From positions 237,665-301,664 of the forward strand of contig CAVTBU010000006.1 in the NCBI GenBank assembly GCA_963733035.1: a DNA stretch of 64,000 bases, written 5' to 3'. Made by a program: the position numbers and the translations under genes. Below are positions 1 to 7,405 of the stretch, piece by piece; position 1 is the stretch's first letter; each line of letters begins with the position of its first letter. The notes below the pieces were generated by a model. That model saw only the letters and a list, made by a program, of their open reading frames with translations, searched no databases and was not told where the DNA came from. This DNA is from Pirellulales bacterium (GTDB lineage: Bacteria > Planctomycetota > Planctomycetia > Pirellulales > PALSA-1355).

Positions 1-207
1 GCTTCGAATACGTCATTCATGTCGCGGATCCGTTCGTGCATGATCATCCTTGCGATGTATGTGTGACGCTGGACTGTGACCACATACTAAATAGCGAGTC
101 GCAATTGCGTCGTGAAGCAAACCGACTGCTTTCAGCAAAGTAACTCACTTTCGGCGATTGAAAGCAGGCCAGGCGTCGTGCTACCTTTCTGTTACTCAAC
201 GATGCAC

Positions 208-298
208 TCGTTGGGCCGGTCATCCTGAGTGACCGGGGTATCCGAAGAGCTCGACAGCACGTCCTCGTCCAAGTAGGCACCTGACAACGAGTATCCAG
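208..298. repeat. Left arm of ~100-bp inverted repeat (about 90% identical to the reverse complement of 12268-12365)
   Basis: Direct reverse-complement comparison of the two segments. The spurious ORFs 44..325(-) and 12202..12390(+) share the peptide ITGSLDTRCQ..RALRIPRSL because of this repeat. Confidence 0.8.
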
Positions 299-299
299 A

Positions 300-350
300 G
301 AGCCCGTAATCGGCATGCGCTGCAACAGCGCGCCGACTACGGGCTCTTTT
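300..350 (+). terminator. Hairpin-in-hairpin followed by a T7 run (agagcccgtaatcgg..ccgactacgggctct+ttttttt), immediately 5' of the 352 gene
   Basis: Outer stem agagcccgta/tacgggctct. Inner stem gcgctg/cagcgc. U-run on the + strand. Confidence 0.6.
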
Positions 351-351
351 T

Positions 352-1749
352 TTGTGGGGTTGTCTATCAGGGAGATTCAACGCCATGTATCGCGACCGTC
401 AATACTTGGGAACTAATGAACTAAGGAACAGCACCGCGCAGAGTCGAGCCCACCTGTTTGCGCAAACGCTGCTCGGCAACCAGAGTCCTGCTCCAGTGGC
501 CGGTTCCATGCAATCACATCACGCAAGCGACGCTCTCGAGTTTGTGGCGAGCATCTCAGGCCGAGCACTCGACAGGTTGCGCCAAGTTCGAGCCATCTCG
601 GCACAGGCTCAACGAGATCGAGAGTTGCTCGAATGGCTGGCCTTGATTTCGGACGGGCACGACCGCAAGTTGCGGGAAATTCAGCTCCTGGAAGTGGAAC
701 GGCAACTAGTCGAGCAGCGCTCTGAGCACCGCAGCGACTTGCTTGACCTGCAAGAGGCGGAATGGGACCCCGCCAAACATCCTCGTCGCGGCTCGGCGCC
801 TAATCCAGGGTGGTTCGCGACAACAGGAGGGACGGGGACGGGTGCCGGTTCGTCAACCCCTGGTCGCGCAACCGGTGGCGAATCTAGCAGTGGAAGCGAG
901 GCTTCTACCGTTTCTAAACCTTCGGCCACTGCGCCAAAGAGCACCAAGCTTGATACACCATCAGAGCCGACCAAGCCTTCTCGCGATGGGGTACCGGCGG
1001 TACAAGCCGTCTACTCAGGGCGGAGACAGATAGCAGCGCAACAAGCGGCGTGGCCGTCACCGGTCGGGCATCACTGGGTGCCGATCGGCGTGATTCAGCA
1101 TCCCGACATCCGTCCATTCTTGTCAGATGAGGCCGCCCAATACGCAGCCGGAGCATACTCTGGCCCCACCAGTCCACACCACGGAAACAGGACATATGGC
1201 GACGTTGCCCATCCCAAGTACAGTGCGGAAGTACGGAAGGAACTGAGGGCGTTCATTGACGCGCGCGGCATCAAGAAAATGACGGCAAAGGATATGGCAG
1301 AGTTTACAGACTTGATTAAGGGCGGACGCGGCGCAAACGGAAAGCCAAATAAGGTGATTGCTTCTTTTAACAAGGCCATCAAGGGAATCGTCCCCAAGGG
1401 CACGAAGCCTCTCTCATCAATGGACGAGATCATGGCTGCAGGAGCCAAGCATATGAGGCACTCCCGCTTCAAGCTGTTGGCCGCAGGCGCGGTCATCTCC
1501 GGTGTTCTTGGCGAGGTAATCAACCAGCAAGTGAATGTCTTGGATGTGGCCGCGAACAGCGGTCATTATCGCCGCGCGCTAAAGGCCCTTGAAGAGGGCG
1601 ACCTAAGTAAAGCGCATAGCCTACTCATCGGCGATGGCAATAGCTTGTATCACGAGATACTCGGCCAGGTCGGTGCTCACGCTGCCCTGAATTTCAAGAA
1701 GGCTATGGAACGCGTATTCGAGATGGCAAGAAATCAAGACTATAGGTGA
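352..1749 (+). CDS. Hypothetical protein, paralog A. The N-terminal ~150 aa (RDRELLEW..EWDPAKHPR..G.F) is shared with 11487..12260(-). The C-terminus is unique (polymorphic-toxin-like architecture).
   Basis: ORF of 465 aa. GGGAG lies 9 nt upstream of the ATG. Paralogy to the frameshifted gene at 10933-12260. Confidence 0.6.
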   Translation: MWGCLSGRFNAMYRDRQYLGTNELRNSTAQSRAHLFAQTLLGNQSPAPVAGSMQSHHASDALEFVASISGRALDRLRQVRAISAQAQRDRELLEWLALISDGHDRKLREIQLLEVERQLVEQRSEHRSDLLDLQEAEWDPAKHPRRGSAPNPGWFATTGGTGTGAGSSTPGRATGGESSSGSEASTVSKPSATAPKSTKLDTPSEPTKPSRDGVPAVQAVYSGRRQIAAQQAAWPSPVGHHWVPIGVIQHPDIRPFLSDEAAQYAAGAYSGPTSPHHGNRTYGDVAHPKYSAEVRKELRAFIDARGIKKMTAKDMAEFTDLIKGGRGANGKPNKVIASFNKAIKGIVPKGTKPLSSMDEIMAAGAKHMRHSRFKLLAAGAVISGVLGEVINQQVNVLDVAANSGHYRRALKALEEGDLSKAHSLLIGDGNSLYHEILGQVGAHAALNFKKAMERVFEMARNQDYR

Positions 1750-1814
1750 AGACTTTGCACCGTTGCCATAGCGTCGCTCGAAGCACAACTCACGGCATAA
1801 CTCAATCAGGCGCT

Positions 1815-2429
1815 CTAATGACTTTCGTCCAGACTCAGCAAGACTCGCCCGATATGAGTCGCCAGCAACGAGTGGCCCGAACTTTCATCGCATGAGTGGC
1901 CTGCGGTATGCCAGCGGCTGCGTGGCCCGTCCACAACGAGCCAACCCGGCTTGCCTAGGCGCAATGCGCGCGCCAGTGCAATCAATCGCTGAGGATATCC
2001 CAGCTCCTGAGAAAACTCAGCCACTAGCGTAATGGTCACCGAATCACAGTCCTGAAACGAAGATGGAGGCATCAAATGATCAAACTCATTGGAATGCTCA
2101 GCAATCGACACTTCCGAGATCATTCCAAGATTTCTCATCTCCCAATAGCAGTGGACTGCATAGACATCGTCGGGAGGTCGATCACAGAGATCGTTTGAAA
2201 AGAGGCACAACGTTACACTCCCCACCATTCCGACTCCGACATCGTAGCCATGATAAGCTGTCGAGTCGTTCATACGGTACCTGATCAGCCACACCTCTTT
2301 CGGCTCGCGTGTGGGCGGCCAAGCCACTGTTCGGTGATCGACAATTTTCAGTTCGTCGGGCGCACGGCCGAGCTCGTTCGGATGGGCGAGCCAATCGGCG
2401 AAGGCCGCCATGGCTTGGAAGTTCGGCAA
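1815..2429 (-). CDS. Hypothetical protein
   Basis: 204-aa ORF with no recognisable motif. Confidence 0.4.
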   Translation of the reverse strand: MPNFQAMAAFADWLAHPNELGRAPDELKIVDHRTVAWPPTREPKEVWLIRYRMNDSTAYHGYDVGVGMVGSVTLCLFSNDLCDRPPDDVYAVHCYWEMRNLGMISEVSIAEHSNEFDHLMPPSSFQDCDSVTITLVAEFSQELGYPQRLIALARALRLGKPGWLVVDGPRSRWHTAGHSCDESSGHSLLATHIGRVLLSLDESH

Positions 2430-2548
2430 TTGGCACTCGGAAGGAATGTAACCGCCCTGTTCGAGATCTCTGAGGCACTGTTGTGCTCGGGCAGAATACC
2501 TCGCATCACGACAACATCGCGTCAGCCACGCGAATCCAGCTTGGCGAC

Positions 2549-3406
2549 CTAGTTTGGCCGCTGCATGCGCGCAGCCATTTGCACATCAAGGTCCACATGG
2601 TCTAAGGCTAAGGCCATAAGCGCATCTCGCCCGGAGGTACGAAGATACGGCAACGCCACGGCTGCACTTTGTGCATAGCTGACGTGCTCGCTGTCGGTCA
2701 ACCACTTCTCAAGTTGTTCAATCCCTTTTGGTGTATCAAATGGATGTGCACTGCAAACTCCGTCGCGACACGCGCTATTAGAACAATCGAGGAGGGCCAC
2801 GGCGAGAAAGCCTGTCGGCCGTAAGTTGCTCAATTTAACGAGCAGGCGTTTGCGTTCCGGATGATCGTTTTCATACCGTGCGAGTATGACGCTCCATAGG
2901 CTTGAATCTGGCGCAAAAGCCTTTCGTGCCGCTCGTATCACCGCATCGGTACCCTCGCGCGTACAATACATCGCCAACACGTCCAGGGCGAACAATACGT
3001 CGTCGGCCGGGTGGTGGGCCGGTGTACGCAAGCCTTCGTCGACCACTTTCAGTAGAAGGTCGCCCCCCTGCTTCGCAAGGATTGCGAAGGCGGGACACTC
3101 GGCGCTCTCAACCAAATCAAACAAGTGAATTAGTGAACTCAGTGCAGACCGGTTCACATCCATTGGAGGCAGATCCAAAATCCACTCCAGGACATGGCAA
3201 ATAGCTTCCGCGTCAATACGCGACTTGATAGGTTGCTCGCCCAGCTTCCACAGTTCGTCACTGACGCTTGCACCATGCTCCATTCCGCGTCTCAGTGCTA
3301 AAATCAGAGGCGTGTGTGTTGAGAAGTCGTCGAATCTCATCATCGGTCGGTCACCAAATCCAAATCTTCTGCCCAACTTAATGCTAGCCGAATATGTCGG
3401 GTCCAT
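2549..3406 (-). CDS. Hypothetical protein
   Basis: 285-aa ORF. Confidence 0.4.
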   Translation of the reverse strand: MDPTYSASIKLGRRFGFGDRPMMRFDDFSTHTPLILALRRGMEHGASVSDELWKLGEQPIKSRIDAEAICHVLEWILDLPPMDVNRSALSSLIHLFDLVESAECPAFAILAKQGGDLLLKVVDEGLRTPAHHPADDVLFALDVLAMYCTREGTDAVIRAARKAFAPDSSLWSVILARYENDHPERKRLLVKLSNLRPTGFLAVALLDCSNSACRDGVCSAHPFDTPKGIEQLEKWLTDSEHVSYAQSAAVALPYLRTSGRDALMALALDHVDLDVQMAARMQRPN

Positions 3407-3472
3407 CAGCAGTCAGAGAGCTCAACGCATATCTCGACCTGGCTCGAACCGGCAAGATTTTCAGATTTCCCC

Positions 3473-3502
3473 ATGAACCCACGAAACCCTTCCGGCGTCT
3501 AA
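3473..3502 (+). other. Conserved 9-codon uORF (MNPRNPSGV) at the 5' end of the candidate RNA
   Basis: Copy 2 at 24179..24208 encodes MNQRNPSGV. The Ser codon differs by two nucleotides (tcc vs agc) yet stays Ser. Confidence 0.3.
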
Positions 3503-3712
3503 GGTGTCGACAGGGTCGAGGCCGTGTTGGCGTCCGACTGCAGTTGTGACAAGCTTTTACGGGTTGTTCCTTCCATGATGTTCTTACGGCCAAGACTGTT
3601 CCAAGAACACGTAGCCGGGAGTTATTGCGCAGCACAAACGATTGCTGCAAGGTAATTCCCCCGCGCTACCGCTACGCTTGTGACGCTTGGCCTTTAGGTC
3701 TGCTGGCTGCCA

Positions 3713-3747
3713 AAGCCCGATGTCACAAGGACATCGGGCTTTTTTGT
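3713..3747 (+). terminator. Rho-independent terminator (10-bp stem, 6-nt loop, T6)
   Basis: gcccgatgtc acaagg acatcgggc tttttt. Confidence 0.7.
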
Positions 3748-3791
3748 TAGCCTCATGTCGCGCGACAGCGGGAACCAAACAACAAACGAAT

Positions 3792-3863
3792 GGGTCGGTA
3801 GCTGAGACGGTTTAGCGGTGGCCTGAAAAGCCGCAGACGAGGATTCGAGCGCCTCCCGACCCA
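3792..3863 (+). tRNA. tRNA-Phe(GAA)-like
   Basis: Acceptor gggtcgg/ccgaccc. Anticodon loop CTGAAAA. T-loop TTCGAGC. Confidence 0.5.
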
Positions 3864-3899
3864 CTGCGCTCTGCGTGCGCGCTGACGGAGAACACTCAC

Positions 3900-3972
3900 G
3901 GCTCGTTCGTCTATCGGTTCAGGATACTGCCCTTTCAAGGCGGAGAGGTGGGTTCGATTCCCACACGAGCTA
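3900..3972 (+). tRNA. tRNA-Glu(TTC)
   Basis: TCGTCTA..GGA D-arm typical of Glu. Anticodon loop CTTTCAA. Acceptor ggctcgt/acgagct. Confidence 0.6.
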
Positions 3973-3990
3973 CTGAAGCAACAAAATCAT

Positions 3991-4062
3991 CGGGCTGAAG
4001 AGGGACGGCGCCTCGCGTGCCTTGGGAGCACGAGACAGTCGGTTCGACTCCGACCTGCCCGA
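3991..4062 (+). tRNA. tRNA-Pro(TGG)
   Basis: Anticodon stem cgtgc/gcacg. Loop CTTGGGA. T-stem gtcgg/ccgac. Confidence 0.55.
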
Positions 4063-4072
4063 CTTGCGTGAC

Positions 4073-4144
4073 GGTAGTTGAGGGCTGGTTGCCCAAACCC
4101 GGCTGATAACCAGGTGGCGCTGAGTTCGATTCTCAGAACTACCA
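4073..4144 (+). tRNA. tRNA-Ile(GAT)
   Basis: Acceptor ggtagtt/aactacc is perfect. Loop CTGATAA. Confidence 0.6.
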
Positions 4145-4233
4145 CTGAACGAGAGATCACAAGAAGGAGAAACGACGTTGGCAACTCGCATGCGACTCAA
4201 ACGCATACGCCCACTCCACATTCGGGGTCGTGG

Positions 4234-4305
4234 CGTAACGGCAGCGCTTCCGCCTTTTAAGCGGGAAGGTAAGGGTTCGACTCCCTTCGGCCCCACTGCG
4301 TTGGC
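4234..4305 (+). tRNA. tRNA-Lys(TTT)
   Basis: Acceptor ggggtcg/cggcccc. Loop CTTTTAA. Confidence 0.6.
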
Positions 4306-4333
4306 TTCGGCCAGCGATCGCGGCGGCGCGTAG

Positions 4334-4406
4334 CTCAGTGGTGAGAGCAGGTCTCTTATAAGGACCAGGTCGAGGGTTCGATTCCCTCCGCGCCCACTGT
4401 GCGCGC
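4334..4406 (+). tRNA. tRNA with anticodon TAT (Ile-UAU type, unusual), C1-C72 mismatch
   Basis: D-arm gctc-agtggtgaga-gagc. Anticodon stem ggtct/ggacc. Loop CTTATAA. Confidence 0.45.
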
Positions 4407-4427
4407 AGAAACGAGGAACAACACGAA

Positions 4428-4500
4428 CGGGATCAAGGTGCTAGCGGCAGCATGCCTGGCTCTTAACCAGGTCGGTGAGGGTTCAAGTCCCTCTGATCCC
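4428..4500 (+). tRNA. tRNA-Lys(CTT)
   Basis: Acceptor gggatca/tgatccc. Loop CTCTTAA. T-loop TTCAAGT. Confidence 0.6.
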
Positions 4501-4630
4501 ACTGGAAACAGGCGAGAGGCACGAGGCCACAGGCTAGAGGGCGACCTTGAACCTCTACTGCTGACCTCTGGTCTCTCGCCTCAGGCCTCTGGCCTGTTTC
4601 GATCTTTGACAATTCGACCAGCGATTCGAC

Positions 4631-4697
4631 GCGCCCATGATGTAGCGGTAGCCTGCTGCCTTGCCATGGCGTGCGGGTTCAACTCCCGCTGGGCGCT
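4631..4697 (+). tRNA. Atypical short tRNA-like (Gly-GCC-like loop TTGCCAT), no variable region
   Basis: Acceptor gcgccca/tgggcgc is perfect. Only 67 nt. Possible pseudogene. Confidence 0.35.
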
Positions 4698-4704
4698 TCA
4701 ATTT

Positions 4705-4778
4705 CAGGGTGTGGGATAGCCTGGTAGTCCGCCTGCGTCGGGAGCAGGAGAGCGTCGGTTCAATTCCGACCACCCTGA
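4705..4778 (+). tRNA. tRNA-Pro(CGG)
   Basis: Acceptor cagggtg/caccctg. Anticodon stem cctgc/gcagg. Loop GTCGGGA. Confidence 0.5.
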
Positions 4779-4816
4779 CTTTTTGAGAACGCTCTGACCG
4801 GTACAATGAGCGAATC

Positions 4817-5134
4817 ATGAATTGGCTTACGCCGTGGACTCCGATTGTCGAAAGCGATCGCGCGGAAATGCTGACTACCGAACTTCGTCGCGAAGTTGGA
4901 GTCGGCCACGTGCTGTTCGGCATTCCGGTAAAACCAATTGCAATTCGCCAAGATTGCGACGACGTGCTCTTCGAGCTTCTTGATGGCTCGGGCCGATTCG
5001 CCGTCACTCACTTGACGTACGCTCAGCATCCCGAGCCAGATTCGCAATGGCCTGCAACTCGTCTCTGTGACGATTTGACTCAATTCGAGCGGAGCATCAT
5101 GCACGTCGATCATTCGACCGCGACCGGCTTATAG
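4817..5134 (+). CDS. Hypothetical protein embedded in the tRNA array
   Basis: 105-aa ORF between tRNAs. Confidence 0.4.
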   Translation: MNWLTPWTPIVESDRAEMLTTELRREVGVGHVLFGIPVKPIAIRQDCDDVLFELLDGSGRFAVTHLTYAQHPEPDSQWPATRLCDDLTQFERSIMHVDHSTATGL

Positions 5135-5151
5135 CGATCGACTCCAGCTCG

Positions 5152-5225
5152 GAGGGTGTAGCGAAGCCTGGCATCGCGCAAGCTCGGGGAGCTTGAGATC
5201 GCAGGTTCAAATCCTGCCACCCTGA
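5152..5225 (+). tRNA. tRNA-Pro(GGG)-like (G1-G72 mismatch)
   Basis: D-arm gcga/tcgc. Anticodon stem caagc/gcttg. Loop TCGGGGA. Confidence 0.45.
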
Positions 5226-5244
5226 CTCGAACGTCGTCGATTGT

Positions 5245-5793
5245 TCAGCGCTTCCAAATCGTTACGTCGCTGCTGATCGCGATCAATAGCGTTCGGCCAG
5301 TGTACGAAAAGCCAAACCCGCGAAGCTCACGCTCAATGGCTAGTTTCCAGAATCGTGAGGCAGGTGGATAGATGCTCTCGTACTTGCCAAGAAGCAAAAG
5401 ACTTGTGTCCGGCCAATCGATGGACAAGGCTTCGACGCCCCATCCGTCATCGGTCTGAGTCGGGAGGCCACCACCGACAAGTCCACAGACGCGAATCTCC
5501 CTTCCATCAAGTGGACCAAATCCGATGGCAGTCATGGCGTCTTTGCCGAACCACGATTCTTGATCTGATTCGTCACGATCTCGAGCGACTTTTTCGCCGG
5601 TGCGGCAATCGATGATTCCACGCCCTTGAGACGACAGTACCAGTAGCAGTTCAGAGTCGTCCGCAAAACCAATCTCAGTAAGTCCGCCAATTGCGACGGA
5701 CGCGACGAACGACCATGGCTCTGGCGGAGCGGTGACCGCAGCACGGCGAATTTTGTCTCGCACAGGTTCGAGGTGGTCCATAAGGTTTGCCAT
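5245..5793 (-). CDS. Hypothetical protein embedded in the tRNA array
   Basis: 182-aa ORF. Confidence 0.4.
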   Translation of the reverse strand: MANLMDHLEPVRDKIRRAAVTAPPEPWSFVASVAIGGLTEIGFADDSELLLVLSSQGRGIIDCRTGEKVARDRDESDQESWFGKDAMTAIGFGPLDGREIRVCGLVGGGLPTQTDDGWGVEALSIDWPDTSLLLLGKYESIYPPASRFWKLAIERELRGFGFSYTGRTLLIAISSDVTIWKR

Positions 5794-5836
5794 GGGTTCA
5801 TAGGATGGCTCGCCAGTATACCGGATTGATCAATAT

Positions 5837-5911
5837 TGCGGTGGGGCCTGTGTTGGTACAGGCAGGCGCCTGTTAAGCGCCCCTTCGCAGGTTCGATTCC
5901 TGCCGCCGCAG
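5837..5911 (+). tRNA. tRNA-Asn(GTT)
   Basis: D-stem gcct/aggc. Anticodon stem ggcgc/gcgcc. Loop CTGTTAA. Confidence 0.6.
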
Positions 5912-5933
5912 CTTTCTAGGGACGGAAGGGCAA

Positions 5934-6017
5934 GCCAATGGGCGATGGCAGCTGTTTCGAAAACAGTCGAGCGATGAGCCTTGAGGGTTCGACTCCCTCT
6001 CCTTCCGCTTCGTGCTC
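5934..6017 (+). tRNA. tRNA-Ser(CGA), class II
   Basis: Loop TTCGAAA. 16-nt variable arm. T-stem gaggg/ccctc. Confidence 0.55.
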
Positions 6018-6021
6018 TTGG

Positions 6022-6093
6022 CCGATCGGCAGAGGCGTCAGCCTTCCAAGCTGAACAGGCGGGTTCGATTCCCGCAGAGCACTTTCGATCAAT
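6022..6093 (+). tRNA. tRNA-Gly(TCC)
   Basis: Acceptor gtgctct/agagcac. Anticodon stem tcagc/gctga. Loop CTTCCAA. Confidence 0.6.
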
Positions 6094-6106
6094 CATTCGG
6101 GGATCG

Positions 6107-6177
6107 GCTAATGGTCGGCCGCCTGGCTTTGAACCAGGCTATGGTAGTTCGAATCTACCTCCCCGAGCTTGGAAGAC
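6107..6177 (+). tRNA. tRNA-Gln(TTG)
   Basis: Acceptor tcgggga/tccccga. Stem cctgg/ccagg. Loop CTTTGAA. Confidence 0.55.
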
Positions 6178-6184
6178 TACCGCC

Positions 6185-6262
6185 CTGCGCTCGATTGCCG
6201 CCCGGCAATCGTGCTCGGTTGCTGGTTTGATTCCTTCTCCCCGAACTCGGTGACAAAACATT
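6185..6262 (+). pseudogene. Degenerate tRNA-like element (T-stem not pairable). Related to 12700-12772.
   Basis: Shared ctaccgccctgcgctcg..gtgctcggttgctggtt. The hairpin has a CCC loop with compensatory stem changes between copies. Confidence 0.35.
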
Positions 6263-6336
6263 CCGGGGTAGCTGCTGCTGGTAGTGGCGCCTGGCTCTGA
6301 ACCAGGAGGTCGTTGGTTCGATTCCAACTCCCGGAG
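6262..6336 (+). tRNA. tRNA-Gln(CTG)
   Basis: Stem cctgg/ccagg. Loop CTCTGAA. T-stem gttgg/ccaac. Confidence 0.55.
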
Positions 6337-6356
6337 CTGTTTCGAACGACACGATC

Positions 6357-6442
6357 GGAAGTCATCCGGCCGGATGAGGAGCCTGTCTTGAAAACAGGTG
6401 GCGGCCTCGCGCCGCTTGTGGGTTCGAGTCCCACGGCTTCCG
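6357..6442 (+). tRNA. tRNA-Ser(TGA), class II
   Basis: Stem cctgt/acagg. Loop CTTGAAA. 20-nt variable arm. Confidence 0.55.
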
Positions 6443-6470
6443 CTCAACAGGTCGATTCGTTCAGCAACAC

Positions 6471-6541
6471 AGTCCCGTGGTCCAACGGCAAGACTCCTGC
6501 GTCACATCCAGGAAACGATGGTTCAACTCCATCCGGGACTA
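6471..6541 (+). tRNA. tRNA-Val(CAC)
   Basis: Acceptor agtcccg/cgggact. Loop GTCACAT. Same family as Val(GAC) at 7870. Confidence 0.5.
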
Positions 6542-6547
6542 CTCGAT

Positions 6548-6621
6548 GTCCAGGTACGCCAATTGGCAGAGCGGCACGGCTTAAACCCGCGCGGATGCCG
6601 GTTCGACTCCGGCCTTGGGCA
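6548..6621 (+). tRNA. Class I tRNA with anticodon TAA (Leu-type anticodon but no long variable arm)
   Basis: Loop CTTAAAC. Only 5-nt variable region. Confidence 0.4.
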
Positions 6622-6631
6622 CTGTCAACGC

Positions 6632-6704
6632 GGCTCGGTCGGCAACGGCAGACCACCTTGGCTTAGAACCAAGGATGCTGTGGGTTCGAATCCCACCTGA
6701 GCTA
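6632..6704 (+). tRNA. Class I tRNA with anticodon TAG (Leu-type anticodon, short variable arm)
   Basis: Stem cttgg/ccaag is perfect. Loop CTTAGAA. 73 nt. Confidence 0.45.
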
Positions 6705-6718
6705 TTTAGTAGAGACTC

Positions 6719-6793
6719 GTCCTCGTGGAGTAGTCTGGAGTGCTCGCCTGCCTGTCACGCAGGAGATCACGGGTTCAAATCCCGTCGGGGACG
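6719..6793 (+). tRNA. tRNA-Asp(GTC)
   Basis: Stem cctgc/gcagg. Loop CTGTCAC. Acceptor gtcctcg/cggggac. Confidence 0.6.
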
Positions 6794-6875
6794 CCTTTTG
6801 ATTGTTGTACGCGAAATCGTCTGTGGCGCGGAGTGTTCCGCAACGCCTCGACGAACTGCAACGCAACGTAAATCT

Positions 6876-6949
6876 GGCACGGTACGCCAATCGGCTGAGC
6901 GGCGAAGCTCAAACCTTCGTGTCTGCGGGTTCGACTCCCGCCTGTGCCA
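6876..6949 (+). tRNA. Class I tRNA with anticodon CAA (Leu-type anticodon, short variable arm)
   Basis: Stem cgaag/cttcg. Loop CTCAAAC. Confidence 0.45.
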
Positions 6950-6955
6950 CTGTTC

Positions 6956-7042
6956 GGGTTGTGCTCCTCGTGGCGGCCTGTAAAGCCGTTGTCACAAAAG
7001 AAGCGAGGTGGGCGACGAATGGTTCGATTCCTTCACAACCCA
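6956..7042 (+). tRNA. tRNA-Tyr(GTA)-like, class II, weak T-stem
   Basis: Acceptor gggttgt/acaaccc is perfect. Loop CTGTAAA. Long variable arm. T-stem has only 3 of 5 pairs. Confidence 0.4.
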
Positions 7043-7047
7043 ATTGA

Positions 7048-7120
7048 GGCCCGCTCGTCTATCGGTTGAGGACGCCAGCCTCTCAAGCTGGAAGGACGGG
7101 TTCGATTCCCGTGCGGGTCA
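7048..7120 (+). tRNA. tRNA-Glu(CTC)
   Basis: TCGTCTATCGG..GGAC D-arm. Stem ccagc/gctgg. Loop CTCTCAA. Confidence 0.6.
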
Positions 7121-7126
7121 CTGTAT

Positions 7127-7209
7127 GGCCAAGTGGTGTAACTGGTAAACACGCGACGCTCAGAACGTCGTGCCCTTGCGGCGTGGGAGTTCGAGTCTCC
7201 CCTTGGTCA
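7127..7209 (+). tRNA. tRNA-Leu(CAG), class II
   Basis: Stem cgacg/cgtcg. Loop CTCAGAA. 14-nt variable arm. T-loop TTCGAGT. Confidence 0.6.
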
Positions 7210-7226
7210 CTGAAATATTGAATTGA

Positions 7227-7295
7227 CGCAGGTGAGCCAGTGCTCAGCCGAGTTTCATAAGCTCAGCCCGTCGGGTGCGACACCCGAACCTGCAA
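7227..7295 (+). tRNA. tRNA-Met(CAT)-like with C1-A72 mismatch (initiator-like) and non-canonical T-loop TGCGACA
   Basis: Loop TTCATAA. Acceptor cgcaggt/acctgca. Short (69 nt). Confidence 0.35.
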
Positions 7296-7300
7296 CTTAC

Positions 7301-7376
7301 GGCCGGGTACGCAAACTGGCAAAGCGACGAGGTCGAGAGCCTCGTGATTTTGTGAGTTCGACTCTCACTCCGGTCA
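7301..7376 (+). tRNA. tRNA with anticodon GAG (Leu-GAG-like, 9-nt variable region)
   Basis: Stem cgagg/cctcg. Loop TCGAGAG. T-stem gtgag/ctcac. Confidence 0.45.
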
Positions 7377-7405
7377 CTTGAATGAGATTGCGGCCAAAAC
7401 TGATC

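Larger units (their letters stand above)
3461..3747 (+). ncRNA. Candidate structured RNA, copy 1 (array leader element). Conserved blocks alternate with variable hairpins, and it ends in an intrinsic terminator.
   Basis: Similar to 24167-24480. Conserved blocks such as gttgtgacaagcttttacgggttgttccttccatgatgttcttacggccaagactgttccaagaac. Variable hairpins such as gcagc..gctgc. Terminator gcccgatgtc-acaagg-acatcgggc+T6. Confidence 0.45.

Noticed and set aside
44-325. Small ORFs 44..325(-) and 12202..12390(+) sharing a peptide
   Set aside because: The shared peptide is a by-product of the inverted repeat arms, not evidence of coding.
3461-3747. Possibility that the conserved leader is tmRNA, RNase P RNA, 6S RNA or SRP RNA
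   Set aside because: No tRNA-like 3' domain or tag-peptide reading frame (tmRNA). No P4-type conserved RNase P sequences. It is too long and lacks the SRP domain IV motif. It is left as an unknown structured RNA.
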